From NCBI GenBank assembly GCA_038060535.1, contig JBBTHA010000128.1, positions 1-44,522 of the forward strand: 44,522 nucleotides of DNA, written 5' to 3'. Origin of the DNA: Elusimicrobiota bacterium (GTDB taxonomy: Bacteria > Elusimicrobiota > Elusimicrobia > UBA1565 > UBA9628). This document shows, piece after piece, positions 17,845-25,919 of this stretch. Made by a program: the position numbers and the translations under genes. Below the pieces are notes generated by a model. It worked only from the letters and a program-made list of their open reading frames with translations, did not search any database and was not told the origin of the DNA. How positions within the stretch are numbered: position 1 is the first letter of the stretch; every line of letters starts with the position of its first letter.

Positions 17845-18444
17845 CTAGCGACGGCGCGCCGTCCGGCGGACGGCTTCCTCATAGTCCTTGCGCAGCCGCT
17901 CGGCCAACTCCTTGAACTCTGCGGCGCGCTTCTCCTGAAAGCGGCCGAGAGTGTGAAGGGCCGCGACGCGCACTTCAGGTTCGATGTCGCGCAGAAGGGC
18001 CGTCACCCATGTGGTGATCGAGGGGTCTCCGATGTCGCCCAATGCCTGAAGGGACGCCAGCCTCACGTCTTTATCCGGGTCGTTGAGTCCGCGAATCATC
18101 GGACCCAGGCGCGCCAACTCCTCATGTCCCTTATACAGGGCCACGATCTTCATGCGGACTCCCGGGTCGGAGTCTTCGACGATCAGGCGCTCCAGGGTCG
18201 GTGCGATTTGCGGGTCGTGGATGTTGAAGAGCAGCTGAATGGCGGCCCAGCGCACGTCGGGATCCGCGTCCTGCAAGGACAGGCGCACCTTGCGGATTTC
18301 GGCGTCGGGGAACGTGGAGATCGGAATCTGATCGAGCGCCGGCGGCGTCGGCGGCGCCAGCCCGATGGGGTTGGGGGCGAGCCGATCCCAAACGAGGAAG
18401 CTCGCCGCCGCGATGAAGACGATTGCCATGAGTAGGCGTTGCAT
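17845..18444 (-). CDS. membrane-anchored HEAT-repeat protein (paralog 1)
   Basis: 199-aa ORF. N-terminal TM helix (LLMAIVFIAAASFLVW), Pro-rich linker, at least 4 HEAT/PBS-lyase-like repeats (DPDVRWAAIQLL, DPGVRMKIVAL, DKDVRLASLQALGDIGDP, EPEVRVAALHTLG). Confidence 0.75.
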   Translation of the reverse strand: MQRLLMAIVFIAAASFLVWDRLAPNPIGLAPPTPPALDQIPISTFPDAEIRKVRLSLQDADPDVRWAAIQLLFNIHDPQIAPTLERLIVEDSDPGVRMKIVALYKGHEELARLGPMIRGLNDPDKDVRLASLQALGDIGDPSITTWVTALLRDIEPEVRVAALHTLGRFQEKRAAEFKELAERLRKDYEEAVRRTARRR

Positions 18445-18447
18445 GCG

Positions 18448-19041
18448 TTATCTTTTTTGTTCCACGGCGCCCTGGCTCTGCGCCTCGTAAGCTTTTCTGG
18501 CCGCTTCGATTTCAAGGTGTTTCTTGTCCTGCAGGGCGTTGAGGGTTTTCAGGGCCTGCAGGCGAACGGCTTCCTCTTGGTCGCGGATAGGTCCCGCGGA
18601 GAGAACCGGAGCTGCGGCATAGTCTCCGATTTTTTCAAGGGCTCTGATGGCGGCCAGACGAACCTCGGGTTCTTGATCAGAGAGCGCTCCGCTGAGGGCC
18701 TGCATGGCCTGGGGAGGATTTCGATCGCCCAGGAGTTCGACGATCTTGGTGCGCAGGTTCGTGTCCATGTCCCTCTGGAGCATGCGCAGCATCAAGGGCA
18801 TCGCTTCGGGAGACTTCATCTTATCGAGCAAGACCACCGCCTCCCAGCGTACCTCGGGGTCTGGATCGTCCGCCGATTTGACTATTTTTGCCTGCTCTAC
18901 AGGGTCGATCACCGGGGCGGGCTCGATGAGAATGGCCGGCGGAGGGGGCGGCGGAGGGGGCGGTGGAGGAGCCGGTTTTAACCGTTCCCAGGCGAGGTAG
19001 CCGACGACACCTATGGTGAGCAGAGTCATGATTTTTTTCAT
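18448..19041 (-). CDS. membrane-anchored HEAT-repeat protein (paralog 2) with an 11-Pro run
   Basis: I use the internal start MKKIMTLLTIGVVGYLAW (ATG 19041-19039, ATGA overlap with the upstream stop). The 364-aa ORF in the track has an Arg/Gly-rich N-extension overlapping the amidotransferase gene out of frame. TM helix, P11 linker, HEAT repeats (DPEVRWEAVVLL, EPEVRLAAIRALEKIGD, EEAVRLQALKTL). Confidence 0.75.
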   Translation of the reverse strand: MKKIMTLLTIGVVGYLAWERLKPAPPPPPPPPPPPAILIEPAPVIDPVEQAKIVKSADDPDPEVRWEAVVLLDKMKSPEAMPLMLRMLQRDMDTNLRTKIVELLGDRNPPQAMQALSGALSDQEPEVRLAAIRALEKIGDYAAAPVLSAGPIRDQEEAVRLQALKTLNALQDKKHLEIEAARKAYEAQSQGAVEQKR

Positions 19042-19889
19042 TGACGGGAGACCTCCGGGACGGGGCCGTGGGCGGACGAAAGCGACAGAGGACGGCGACG
19101 AATATCGATACCCCCGCCGTCGCCCACGGCCGATATCGTTTCGGGGGGATGCAGGCGCGTCCACGGCCCCCCATCGAGACCCTCGCTGGCCAAAATGAAG
19201 CGGCCGTCTCGCATCGAAAAACTCATCACCGACCAGGGTTGGTCGGGGTGGCAGACGCCCGCGTTCGCCAAGCCTTTGCGGGAGGCGTGGCACACGGCGT
19301 GAAGGCCGTGCGCGTTCGAGGCGACCGCGTTGAGGCTGGTATAGGGCGTATCGGCGCCCAGATATCGATCCTTGCAGGTTTGCCAGAGGCTCCAAGACTC
19401 GTTGATGCAGGCCTCGAAAGCCCGCGAGGCGTCCTTTTCCCGTTCCAGATGCTTGAGAAACTGTTGGAAATACACCTCGCTGTCGCTGTTGGTTTTGAGC
19501 CGTGCGCGGCGCGGACCGAGGGCCTGCGCGACCTCCGGCCAAATGGTCAGCGTGCCGTTATGGGCGAAGACCCAACCGTCGTCGCAGAAAGGATGCGCGT
19601 GGGCCTCATCCAAATGCGGGTTGGAGGCGGCTCGAATGTGGCCCAGCACGACTGAAGATCGCGCGGCTTCGGCGGCGGCGGAAAATCGCTCGGGCTCGCG
19701 GGCGGCGCTGGCGGCGCTTTTCGCCAAGTGCGCGCGGCCGTCGTCGCCGAACCAGGCCAAGCCCCAGCCGTCTTTTTGGGGATTGTCGGGATCGGCCTCG
19801 ACCTGGCGCAGCAGGGAGAATTTCGAATCGATTAGGAAGTCTCGGGCCGAGACGGGGCTTGGAGACATTTGAGCGAAGAGGCGGCACAT
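19038..19889 (-). CDS. class II (Ntn-type) glutamine amidotransferase family protein
   Basis: 283-aa ORF starting MCRLFA (Cys2 nucleophile). Carries DGWGLAWF, GHIRAAS, HPF..DGWVFAHNG and SDSEVYF blocks typical of YafJ/GATase_4-6-like proteins. Confidence 0.8.
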   Translation of the reverse strand: MCRLFAQMSPSPVSARDFLIDSKFSLLRQVEADPDNPQKDGWGLAWFGDDGRAHLAKSAASAAREPERFSAAAEAARSSVVLGHIRAASNPHLDEAHAHPFCDDGWVFAHNGTLTIWPEVAQALGPRRARLKTNSDSEVYFQQFLKHLEREKDASRAFEACINESWSLWQTCKDRYLGADTPYTSLNAVASNAHGLHAVCHASRKGLANAGVCHPDQPWSVMSFSMRDGRFILASEGLDGGPWTRLHPPETISAVGDGGGIDIRRRPLSLSSAHGPVPEVSRQ

Positions 19890-19907
19890 AGGGTCGATTC
19901 TAACACT

Positions 19908-20321
19908 TTATGACTTGGCCGCGATTTCTTCGAGCAGGGCCAGCGCCTTGTCGATGTTCTGCGCCGCGATCAGGATGCGGGAGGTGTTTGATCCCGCAAC
20001 CGACGTTCCGTAGACCGTCGTGATATTGATCTTGCCCTCGGCCAGCGCCGAGGTCACGCGCAGGAGTTCTCCGGGCTTGTCTTCCACTTCCACCGAAAGG
20101 ATGTTGGTTTCCACGCTGGAAAGGCCCGCTTTGGAGAGGATGGCGGAGATGTCGGCGTCTTGCTCGAGGGCGATGCGCACCAGGCCGGAATCGTCGCTGA
20201 CTTCCGAGGCGATGCCCAGGATGTTGATCCCCTTTTCAAAGAACAGCGAGCCCAGGCGGCTCAGGGCTCCGGGTTTGTTCGGCATAAACACGCTGAATTG
20301 TTTTATTTTCTGGACCTTCAT
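19908..20321 (-). CDS. tandem ACT domain protein
   Basis: 137-aa ORF. Two ACT-like beta-alpha-beta units (FSVFMPNKPGALSRLGSLFFEKGINILGI; LSVEVEDKPGELLRVTSALAEGKINITTV). Confidence 0.8.
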   Translation of the reverse strand: MKVQKIKQFSVFMPNKPGALSRLGSLFFEKGINILGIASEVSDDSGLVRIALEQDADISAILSKAGLSSVETNILSVEVEDKPGELLRVTSALAEGKINITTVYGTSVAGSNTSRILIAAQNIDKALALLEEIAAKS

Positions 20322-21073
20322 TGCGGCGATGGTAGCGTTTCCTTGGCCGCGCGCGCAATCCTGGCTTTAGAGGAGTCAACGGCGACCCGTCCAAAGGGCG
20401 CGCCGATTTCCTGATAGACGCCGTTGCCCTGGAGGTAATAAATTCCTTTGCCTCGGGAGTCCTTGAGCGGGGTCGAGATGCGCCAGCTCAGTTCGATCGT
20501 CATGGCGGCCACGGGATCGGCGTTTGTTCCCACGTTGACGATGCCCGAATCCGGGATCGCGACGTCCATCGTGAAGGTATAGCCCCAGGCGACATCCACG
20601 AGCACGGGCTCCACGGCCACGGCGCTCAGGTAGCGGCCGGCGCCTTTGTAGCGGCCCCCCGTCGTGCGGATGACGACGTAGGTCACGTCGACGACCGTCA
20701 GGCCGTAGAGATTCTTGGCCGTGAGCCGGTAGCTCGTGGCTTGGGGGGCTTTCCAGCCCTCCATATCCTCCCAATGGGCGAGGCCTTCGGGAAGCGCGGC
20801 GGCGTATTGAGTGTTGATGCCGACGACCGGTTTGTTGTCGTCGACGACTTTCCAGACCTTTCGGCCGAGGTTGGCGATCAAGTTCAAGTTCGTATACGCT
20901 CCCCCCGCCGCCGCGGCGGCGGGGATGGGGGCGTTGCGCGGCTTGACCGTCGTGCCGAGCGCGACGATGGAGACGCTGTTTTCGTCCAGGGTCAAGGCGC
21001 GGAGGTCCTCGGCGCGGGCGGCGGGCGGGGCGCTCAGAAGCAGGGCCAGAACCGGCGTTAGGGTCGCGAGCAT
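20318..21073 (-). CDS. secreted beta-rich protein of unknown function
   Basis: 251-aa ORF. GGAGG RBS 5 nt upstream. Signal peptide MLATLTPVLALLLSAPPAARA-ED. I recognise no family motif. ATGA overlap with the ACT gene. Confidence 0.6.
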   Translation of the reverse strand: MLATLTPVLALLLSAPPAARAEDLRALTLDENSVSIVALGTTVKPRNAPIPAAAAAGGAYTNLNLIANLGRKVWKVVDDNKPVVGINTQYAAALPEGLAHWEDMEGWKAPQATSYRLTAKNLYGLTVVDVTYVVIRTTGGRYKGAGRYLSAVAVEPVLVDVAWGYTFTMDVAIPDSGIVNVGTNADPVAAMTIELSWRISTPLKDSRGKGIYYLQGNGVYQEIGAPFGRVAVDSSKARIARAAKETLPSPQ

Positions 21074-21144
21074 CGTTGCCTCCGGGGTCGAGAGTCATCG
21101 AGCCGACTCGGGCAGGATAATGTCTGAACGCCGCGAGGCGTAGA

Positions 21145-21181
21145 GTCTAAAGACCCAGAAGAAGTTAGGTCTTAAGACCTA
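21145..21181. repeat. two palindromes sharing a GTCT..AGAC core
   Basis: GTCTAAAGAC (21145-21154) and the 16-nt perfect palindrome TAGGTCTTAAGACCTA (21166-21181). The latter overlaps the TAG stop of the MFS gene. Both lie about 75-105 nt upstream of the secreted-protein ATG. Confidence 0.6.
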
Positions 21182-23365
21182 TTGCGAGGGAGGAACGGCC
21201 GGCTTTTTCGCGTTCGAGATCAAGGTCGACTCCCGCCACATATACAGGGCTCCAAGCAGACCCCCGAAACTGTAAATGGACGTGAGCCATGAGATCACGT
21301 CCGAGGCCGCCAGGGCGGCTCCTCCCGTGAGGAAAAGACCGAAGGCTTGGGCGAGAATTTGATACAGCAGCGGATTGAGGACGGTCAAAACAACGTAGGC
21401 GAGAAACGCCCAGCGCATGACCGGGTCCTTGAACATCAGCCCGAAGCCTCCCGTAGGGCGCGGTGAGGGCTCGGGCGAGCCCGCCTCGCTGGTGCGCTGG
21501 AGCATTCGGCGCAGTAGGAAAAGGCCGGCGGCCATGACCGCGAGCGCTCCGTTGAAGATCACGAAAGATCCTATTCCGGGGACCGCATCGAACAGGACGC
21601 CGGAGAGCACCAGTGCCAGGGCGGAAACCCCCGTGAACGTCGCGCCGGAGACAGCGTTGACCTTGACCGCCTCGGATTTTCCTTTCGTGCGGCTGAGAAT
21701 AAGGGCGTAGAGTTTTTCGCTCGTCATCACCTGCGCCACGCCGAAAACGAATATCGCGGCGTAGGCGGGTAGCGCCGTGGGCAGCAGCAGCGTCAGAAAA
21801 CCGGCCAACGTGATCATTGAGGCCTTGATCCAAGCCAGAGTCGAACGCGTCAGCAGTTTTTGTTCATCGGCTTCGTCCAGGTTTCCCTTGCCGCCGAGCT
21901 GATCGATCCAGCGCTGCAGGTACGCTTTCAAGACGAGAGCGTCGATGAATGCGACCAAGCGATTGAAAAAAGATGCCGCATAAGCGGTGACAGGTCGGGT
22001 CCATGAGGCGAGGGCGCGCCATGACTTGGACGAGGGTTTGGGCCGCGTGGCGTTCGCGCTTTCGGCGTCCGCGCTGGGAATTTTGACGCCGTAGGCGTAC
22101 ATGGCCACGGCGGCGCCCAACATGATTGGGTACATGGCGATGGCCGCCACGAAGTCGAACGTTTGCACTATGTAGCTGCCCGCCTTGGGGCCGAGGACTC
22201 CGATGATTTCCGACAGCCATTGCTTGAGCGAGGCGAAGCGCTCGAGAGTTCCGCGGTCGCTGCCAAGAATAGCGGGTGCGATGGATTTTTGGGCCGTTAA
22301 GGCGACGCCGGCCACGAAGCCGTTGAACGCGTTGAAGCCGATCATAACGCTCATGATCGGGAGCTGCTGCAACAGCGCGACAAGATGAGCCAGCGGAGTG
22401 ATCGCGGCGATGAAGGCAGGCAGCGTGCCCGCAAGAGACGAAAGAAACAAGACCATCGTCACGATCGACAACATGCGTAAAACGGTCGCGCTGAGGAAAG
22501 ACATCTTGATCATTGTGGCGGGGATTTTACCGCCGGCAAATTGGCCGACGATGCTCGCCAAGCTGGTGTAGACCGCAAGCTGGGCCACCGCCGCCAAACC
22601 CCCGAACGTGGCCCGCATCAACAAGGGCATGGCAAATCCAAGGATTTCGATGCCGATTTGAGAAACGAGCAAGCCGCCTAGAAACCAATTGATCGATTTC
22701 TGGGCGGACTGAGACGGGCCCGGGGGCGGCGGCGGCTCGCCGGGCTTATCCGACGGGACTTCAGACTGATCGGCGGCGGTGAGTTGGGCCTTGGCCCCGG
22801 CATGAGCCGCCGCTCCGACTCTATCCGCTTGCGCTTGGGGCGCGTCGGGCACGCTTTCCGGCGATTTGCCGGTGAAGAACGCCTTGACGCCCTTGATGAC
22901 GCCTTGAATCTTGCGGAGGGCCGGGCGGGGCGCGCCATCGACATCGACCGGAGATGAACCGGAATTTTCTCCCGCGGCCACAGCCTGCTGATCCTGGGAG
23001 ACGGGTTCGGTCGCGGGACTGGAGACGGCCTTTGCGGAGAGCGGGGACTGAAGCGCCGATACGCCGGGTTTGGCTTGGGAGCCTTGGGCGGTTGCAACGG
23101 GCGTGACAGCCGTGGGAAGACCGGAGGTCAGGAAGGATGCAACGCTCGAGATGGGCGCGGCGGGAATGCCGGGCAGGGTCGTTAAGGCCTGAGCCGAAAT
23201 CGAGGCGGCGGGAGCGGCCGCTGAAGCGGCGGCGCCGGAGACGGGTACGCGCATGGCTCCGATAGAGCCGACCTGAGCCCAGACTTGGGGCGCGACGCTG
23301 GCTTCTATGAGCGCGGCGCACAGGACGGGCGCCAAGAGGCGAACGAGTCGGCGGGGAACGTTCAT
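21179..23365 (-). CDS. MFS-type transporter with ~225-aa signal/low-complexity N-terminal extension
   Basis: 728-aa ORF. The C-terminal ~500 aa have about 12 hydrophobic helices with MFS-like spacing. The N-terminus is MNVPRRLVRLLAPVLCAALIEASVAPQVWAQ followed by Ala/Ser/Pro/Gln-rich sequence up to PPPPPGPSQSAQKS. Confidence 0.7.
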   Translation of the reverse strand: MNVPRRLVRLLAPVLCAALIEASVAPQVWAQVGSIGAMRVPVSGAAASAAAPAASISAQALTTLPGIPAAPISSVASFLTSGLPTAVTPVATAQGSQAKPGVSALQSPLSAKAVSSPATEPVSQDQQAVAAGENSGSSPVDVDGAPRPALRKIQGVIKGVKAFFTGKSPESVPDAPQAQADRVGAAAHAGAKAQLTAADQSEVPSDKPGEPPPPPGPSQSAQKSINWFLGGLLVSQIGIEILGFAMPLLMRATFGGLAAVAQLAVYTSLASIVGQFAGGKIPATMIKMSFLSATVLRMLSIVTMVLFLSSLAGTLPAFIAAITPLAHLVALLQQLPIMSVMIGFNAFNGFVAGVALTAQKSIAPAILGSDRGTLERFASLKQWLSEIIGVLGPKAGSYIVQTFDFVAAIAMYPIMLGAAVAMYAYGVKIPSADAESANATRPKPSSKSWRALASWTRPVTAYAASFFNRLVAFIDALVLKAYLQRWIDQLGGKGNLDEADEQKLLTRSTLAWIKASMITLAGFLTLLLPTALPAYAAIFVFGVAQVMTSEKLYALILSRTKGKSEAVKVNAVSGATFTGVSALALVLSGVLFDAVPGIGSFVIFNGALAVMAAGLFLLRRMLQRTSEAGSPEPSPRPTGGFGLMFKDPVMRWAFLAYVVLTVLNPLLYQILAQAFGLFLTGGAALAASDVISWLTSIYSFGGLLGALYMWRESTLISNAKKPAVPPSQ

Positions 23366-23374
23366 ATATATCTA

Positions 23375-23403
23375 ATTGTACGAGAGGGGCCCGTTCTTGT
23401 AAA
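23375..23403 (-). promoter_or_regulatory. candidate promoter of the MFS gene (very short or no leader)
   Basis: Minus strand TTTACA (23403-23398), 17 nt, TACAAT (23380-23375). 9 nt lie between the -10 and the ATG at 23365, with no SD. Confidence 0.45.
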
Positions 23404-23462
23404 AGGGCTTAAGCACTAGATCGGAGGGGTCAATAGGCCTAGAGTCCGGGGGGTCGTTGTTC

Positions 23463-23491
23463 TTGATTTACTTGAAAACGACTCCTATACT
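23463..23491 (+). promoter_or_regulatory. candidate promoter of the RDD-family gene
   Basis: TTGATT (23463-23468), 17 nt, TATACT (23486-23491). Divergent from the MFS promoter. Confidence 0.5.
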
Positions 23492-23512
23492 CAGGGCGTG
23501 GAACCAGAAACC

Positions 23513-24292
23513 ATGGGAATTCGCGCGGCGCGTTTTAGCGACCGGTTCATCGCCTACGTGCTCGACGTCTTTCCTTTCGTCGCGGGCGCTTCGGCCTGCG
23601 TCTGGGCGCTGCTGGGCCCGCTGGGTTACTCCCCCACTGCGCAACTCCTGGCGCTTGTCGGCGCGAGTTGGACGACGCTTTTGTTCGGCTACCAGTTGCT
23701 CGGCAATGTGAGAGGCGGCACCCTCGGCAAACGCCTCATGGGTCTGCGCCTGATCGCGCGCGAGGGCGGCGAGCCCGGCTTCATGCGCGCTTTGACGCGC
23801 GCGGCGGTTTGGATGCTGGGCACGCCTTTGGCCAACGCCGGATTTTTGGTCGCCTTGTTCAACCGGGAGAACCGCGCGCTGCATGACTACGCCTCCGGCA
23901 CCGTGGTGGTGGAGAGCTACCGCAAAAGCGCGGTCGAGGGCGCCCTGCTCTTTGCGGCCGCGGCCGCCGCGGCGATCACCTTGTTCTCGTACCAGATCTA
24001 CTCGGCCTGGACGCGGCCCACACCTCGAGACGTGGCGGTGCTGGCGCGAGCCAAGGACGGTCTTGTCGTGATCGGGCGCATCCAGGACGTGTACAAGGAA
24101 CAACACGGAACGTTCGCTTCGTCTCTCGAAGAATTAGCGAAAGCCAGCGGCGATCCCGGTGAGTTCAAAACGGCGATGGCGGAGCTTTTCCAGACCGGGA
24201 GCGTCGCCCTGGAGGCGGGGAACCGGGGCTGGCGCATACGAGCGCGCGCTCGCGACCGGCGCGGCAGCCTGGTTTCGCGCGACGGTCCGTAA
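23513..24292 (+). CDS. RDD family membrane protein with C-terminal soluble domain
   Basis: The ORF track starts at GTG 23498, but that lies only 6 nt after the predicted -10, so I prefer the in-frame ATG at 23513 (MGIRAARFSDRFIAYVLD...). RDD pattern: R..A..iD...., GKRLMGLRLI, ALHDYASGTVVV. This is the only plus-strand gene in the window. Confidence 0.75.
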   Translation: MGIRAARFSDRFIAYVLDVFPFVAGASACVWALLGPLGYSPTAQLLALVGASWTTLLFGYQLLGNVRGGTLGKRLMGLRLIAREGGEPGFMRALTRAAVWMLGTPLANAGFLVALFNRENRALHDYASGTVVVESYRKSAVEGALLFAAAAAAAITLFSYQIYSAWTRPTPRDVAVLARAKDGLVVIGRIQDVYKEQHGTFASSLEELAKASGDPGEFKTAMAELFQTGSVALEAGNRGWRIRARARDRRGSLVSRDGP

Positions 24293-24299
24293 GAACCTG

Positions 24300-25919
24300 T
24301 CAGCGGGCTCGGATTTCCGCCAAGGACCAAGGGCCGAAAACCCGCCAAGAGACGATCGAGCCTTTCGCCGGCAAGGTTTCGAAGTGGGCGCGCTCGCGAG
24401 TTTTGAGCGCGACGAACGTTTTTCCCCCCGCCCGAGGCAGGGAGAACACGGCGGTGTCGTCGCCAAACCGCTGCGCATGGGCGCTTTCGCGCTTGGCGTA
24501 GTGGAACTCGCCGACGAAATTCACGATCTTGTCCACGCGACGCCCGGAGTAAAAGGGCAGGCCGTGGAGGTATGAGTCGTAGGTCCAGACCTCGTCCTGA
24601 GGTCTGGCCAGGTCGCGCACGGCCAAGGCGAGTTCCTTGGCGCTGATTTGAGGCGAGGCCAGGCGCAGTCCGGCAAACGCCATGCAACCCGCCACGACCC
24701 CTCCAACGCCCAAGACCGCGGCCGGCGCGCGCGCCGACGGGGCGATCAACTGGGCCAGCGCGAGTCCCGCGATAAAAAGAGAGGCCGGTCCCAGAAGCGG
24801 ACGGAACTCGCCCAGAGGCAGGCGTCCGCTAAAAACGAGGGCCGCGCCGAGGGCGGCCAAAAGGGCTGCGCCCAGCGCGCGGCTGGCCGTTTTCGCCCAA
24901 CGCGGATAATCGAGCTCGAGCGCTGCGGCGGCCAGAAGCGCGGCGTGCGGCACCACGGGCAAGGCGTAGGTGGCGAGTTTCGAATGCGAGGTGGAGAAAA
25001 AGGCGATCACGCCCAGGACCCAGGCCGCGAGCGCCGTCGAGCGCGGGTCGGCGAAGGGATGGCGCAGGGCGCGGGCCAATCCGGCCAAGGCCGGAAGCGT
25101 CCAAGGCAGCAATCCCGCGGGGAGCACGGCCGCGTAGTACCACCACGGCGCCCCTCGCCCGTAGCGCGGGGTCAGATAGCGCTGAAAATGCTGCTCCACG
25201 AAAAAGGTGCGCAAAAAATCGGCCCGCCGAGCTTGAACGGCGAGCAGCCAGGGCACGCTCAAAATCACGAAGGCGGCGATGCCCGTCGGCGACAGGAGCT
25301 TCAGGGCGGGACGGCGCCAGCGCGGGAAAATCACGACCAACGCCGCCGTCCACAGAGCGGGAAACATCACCGAGATCAGGCCCTTGCTTAAAAAAGCCAG
25401 GGCGGCCGCGACCCAGGCCAGCGGCGCGGCCCAGGGCGCGTCTTCGGGCTTTTCGAGAACGCGCAGTATCAAAGCCGTGCTCCACAACAGGAAAACGCTG
25501 ACGGGCAAATCCAGCGTCAGGTTATGCGTCAGAAACAGCCAGAGTCCGGCCGTCGACATCGCCAAGACCGCGACGCTCGCCGTCCGCGGCGAGTACAGCC
25601 ATGAGCCGAGCCACCACGCTCCCGCCGCTCCCAACAAGGCCAGCAGGAACATGGGCAAGCGAGCCGCGCCTTCGTCCGGACCCAAGACCCCAATGGAGGC
25701 CGCCCCGAGCCAGTACCACAGCGGCGGCTTCTCGACATAGGGCATGTCGTTGAGACGAGGCTCGATCCAGTCGCCCCCCGCCGCCATCGCGCGCGGCACC
25801 TCGGCGTAGCGGGCATCGTCGACCTCGATAAGAGGAGCGCGCAGGCCGAGTGCCGGCAAAGCCAACGCCGCCATCAGCAGCCAGATGGGAACGGATTGCT
25901 GGCGGCCGGGAGGATTCAT
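24300..25919 (-). CDS. GT39-family (ArnT/PMT-like) polyprenyl-phosphate-sugar-dependent glycosyltransferase
   Basis: I use the start MNPPGRQQSVPIWLL (ATG 25919-25917, ATGA overlap with the oxidoreductase stop). VDDARYAEVPRAMAAGGDWIEPRLNDMPYVEKPPLWYWL is the family's first periplasmic-loop signature. About 11-13 TM helices plus a C-terminal soluble domain. The 840-aa ORF in the track is an out-of-frame Arg-rich extension. Confidence 0.8.
   Translation of the reverse strand: MNPPGRQQSVPIWLLMAALALPALGLRAPLIEVDDARYAEVPRAMAAGGDWIEPRLNDMPYVEKPPLWYWLGAASIGVLGPDEGAARLPMFLLALLGAAGAWWLGSWLYSPRTASVAVLAMSTAGLWLFLTHNLTLDLPVSVFLLWSTALILRVLEKPEDAPWAAPLAWVAAALAFLSKGLISVMFPALWTAALVVIFPRWRRPALKLLSPTGIAAFVILSVPWLLAVQARRADFLRTFFVEQHFQRYLTPRYGRGAPWWYYAAVLPAGLLPWTLPALAGLARALRHPFADPRSTALAAWVLGVIAFFSTSHSKLATYALPVVPHAALLAAAALELDYPRWAKTASRALGAALLAALGAALVFSGRLPLGEFRPLLGPASLFIAGLALAQLIAPSARAPAAVLGVGGVVAGCMAFAGLRLASPQISAKELALAVRDLARPQDEVWTYDSYLHGLPFYSGRRVDKIVNFVGEFHYAKRESAHAQRFGDDTAVFSLPRAGGKTFVALKTRERAHFETLPAKGSIVSWRVFGPWSLAEIRAR

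Noticed and set aside
19042-19542. N-terminal extension of the 364-aa ORF containing the second HEAT protein
   Set aside because: It overlaps the amidotransferase gene out of frame with Arg/Gly/Pro-rich composition. The internal start MKKIMTLL gives a TM anchor matching the paralog, plus an ATGA junction.
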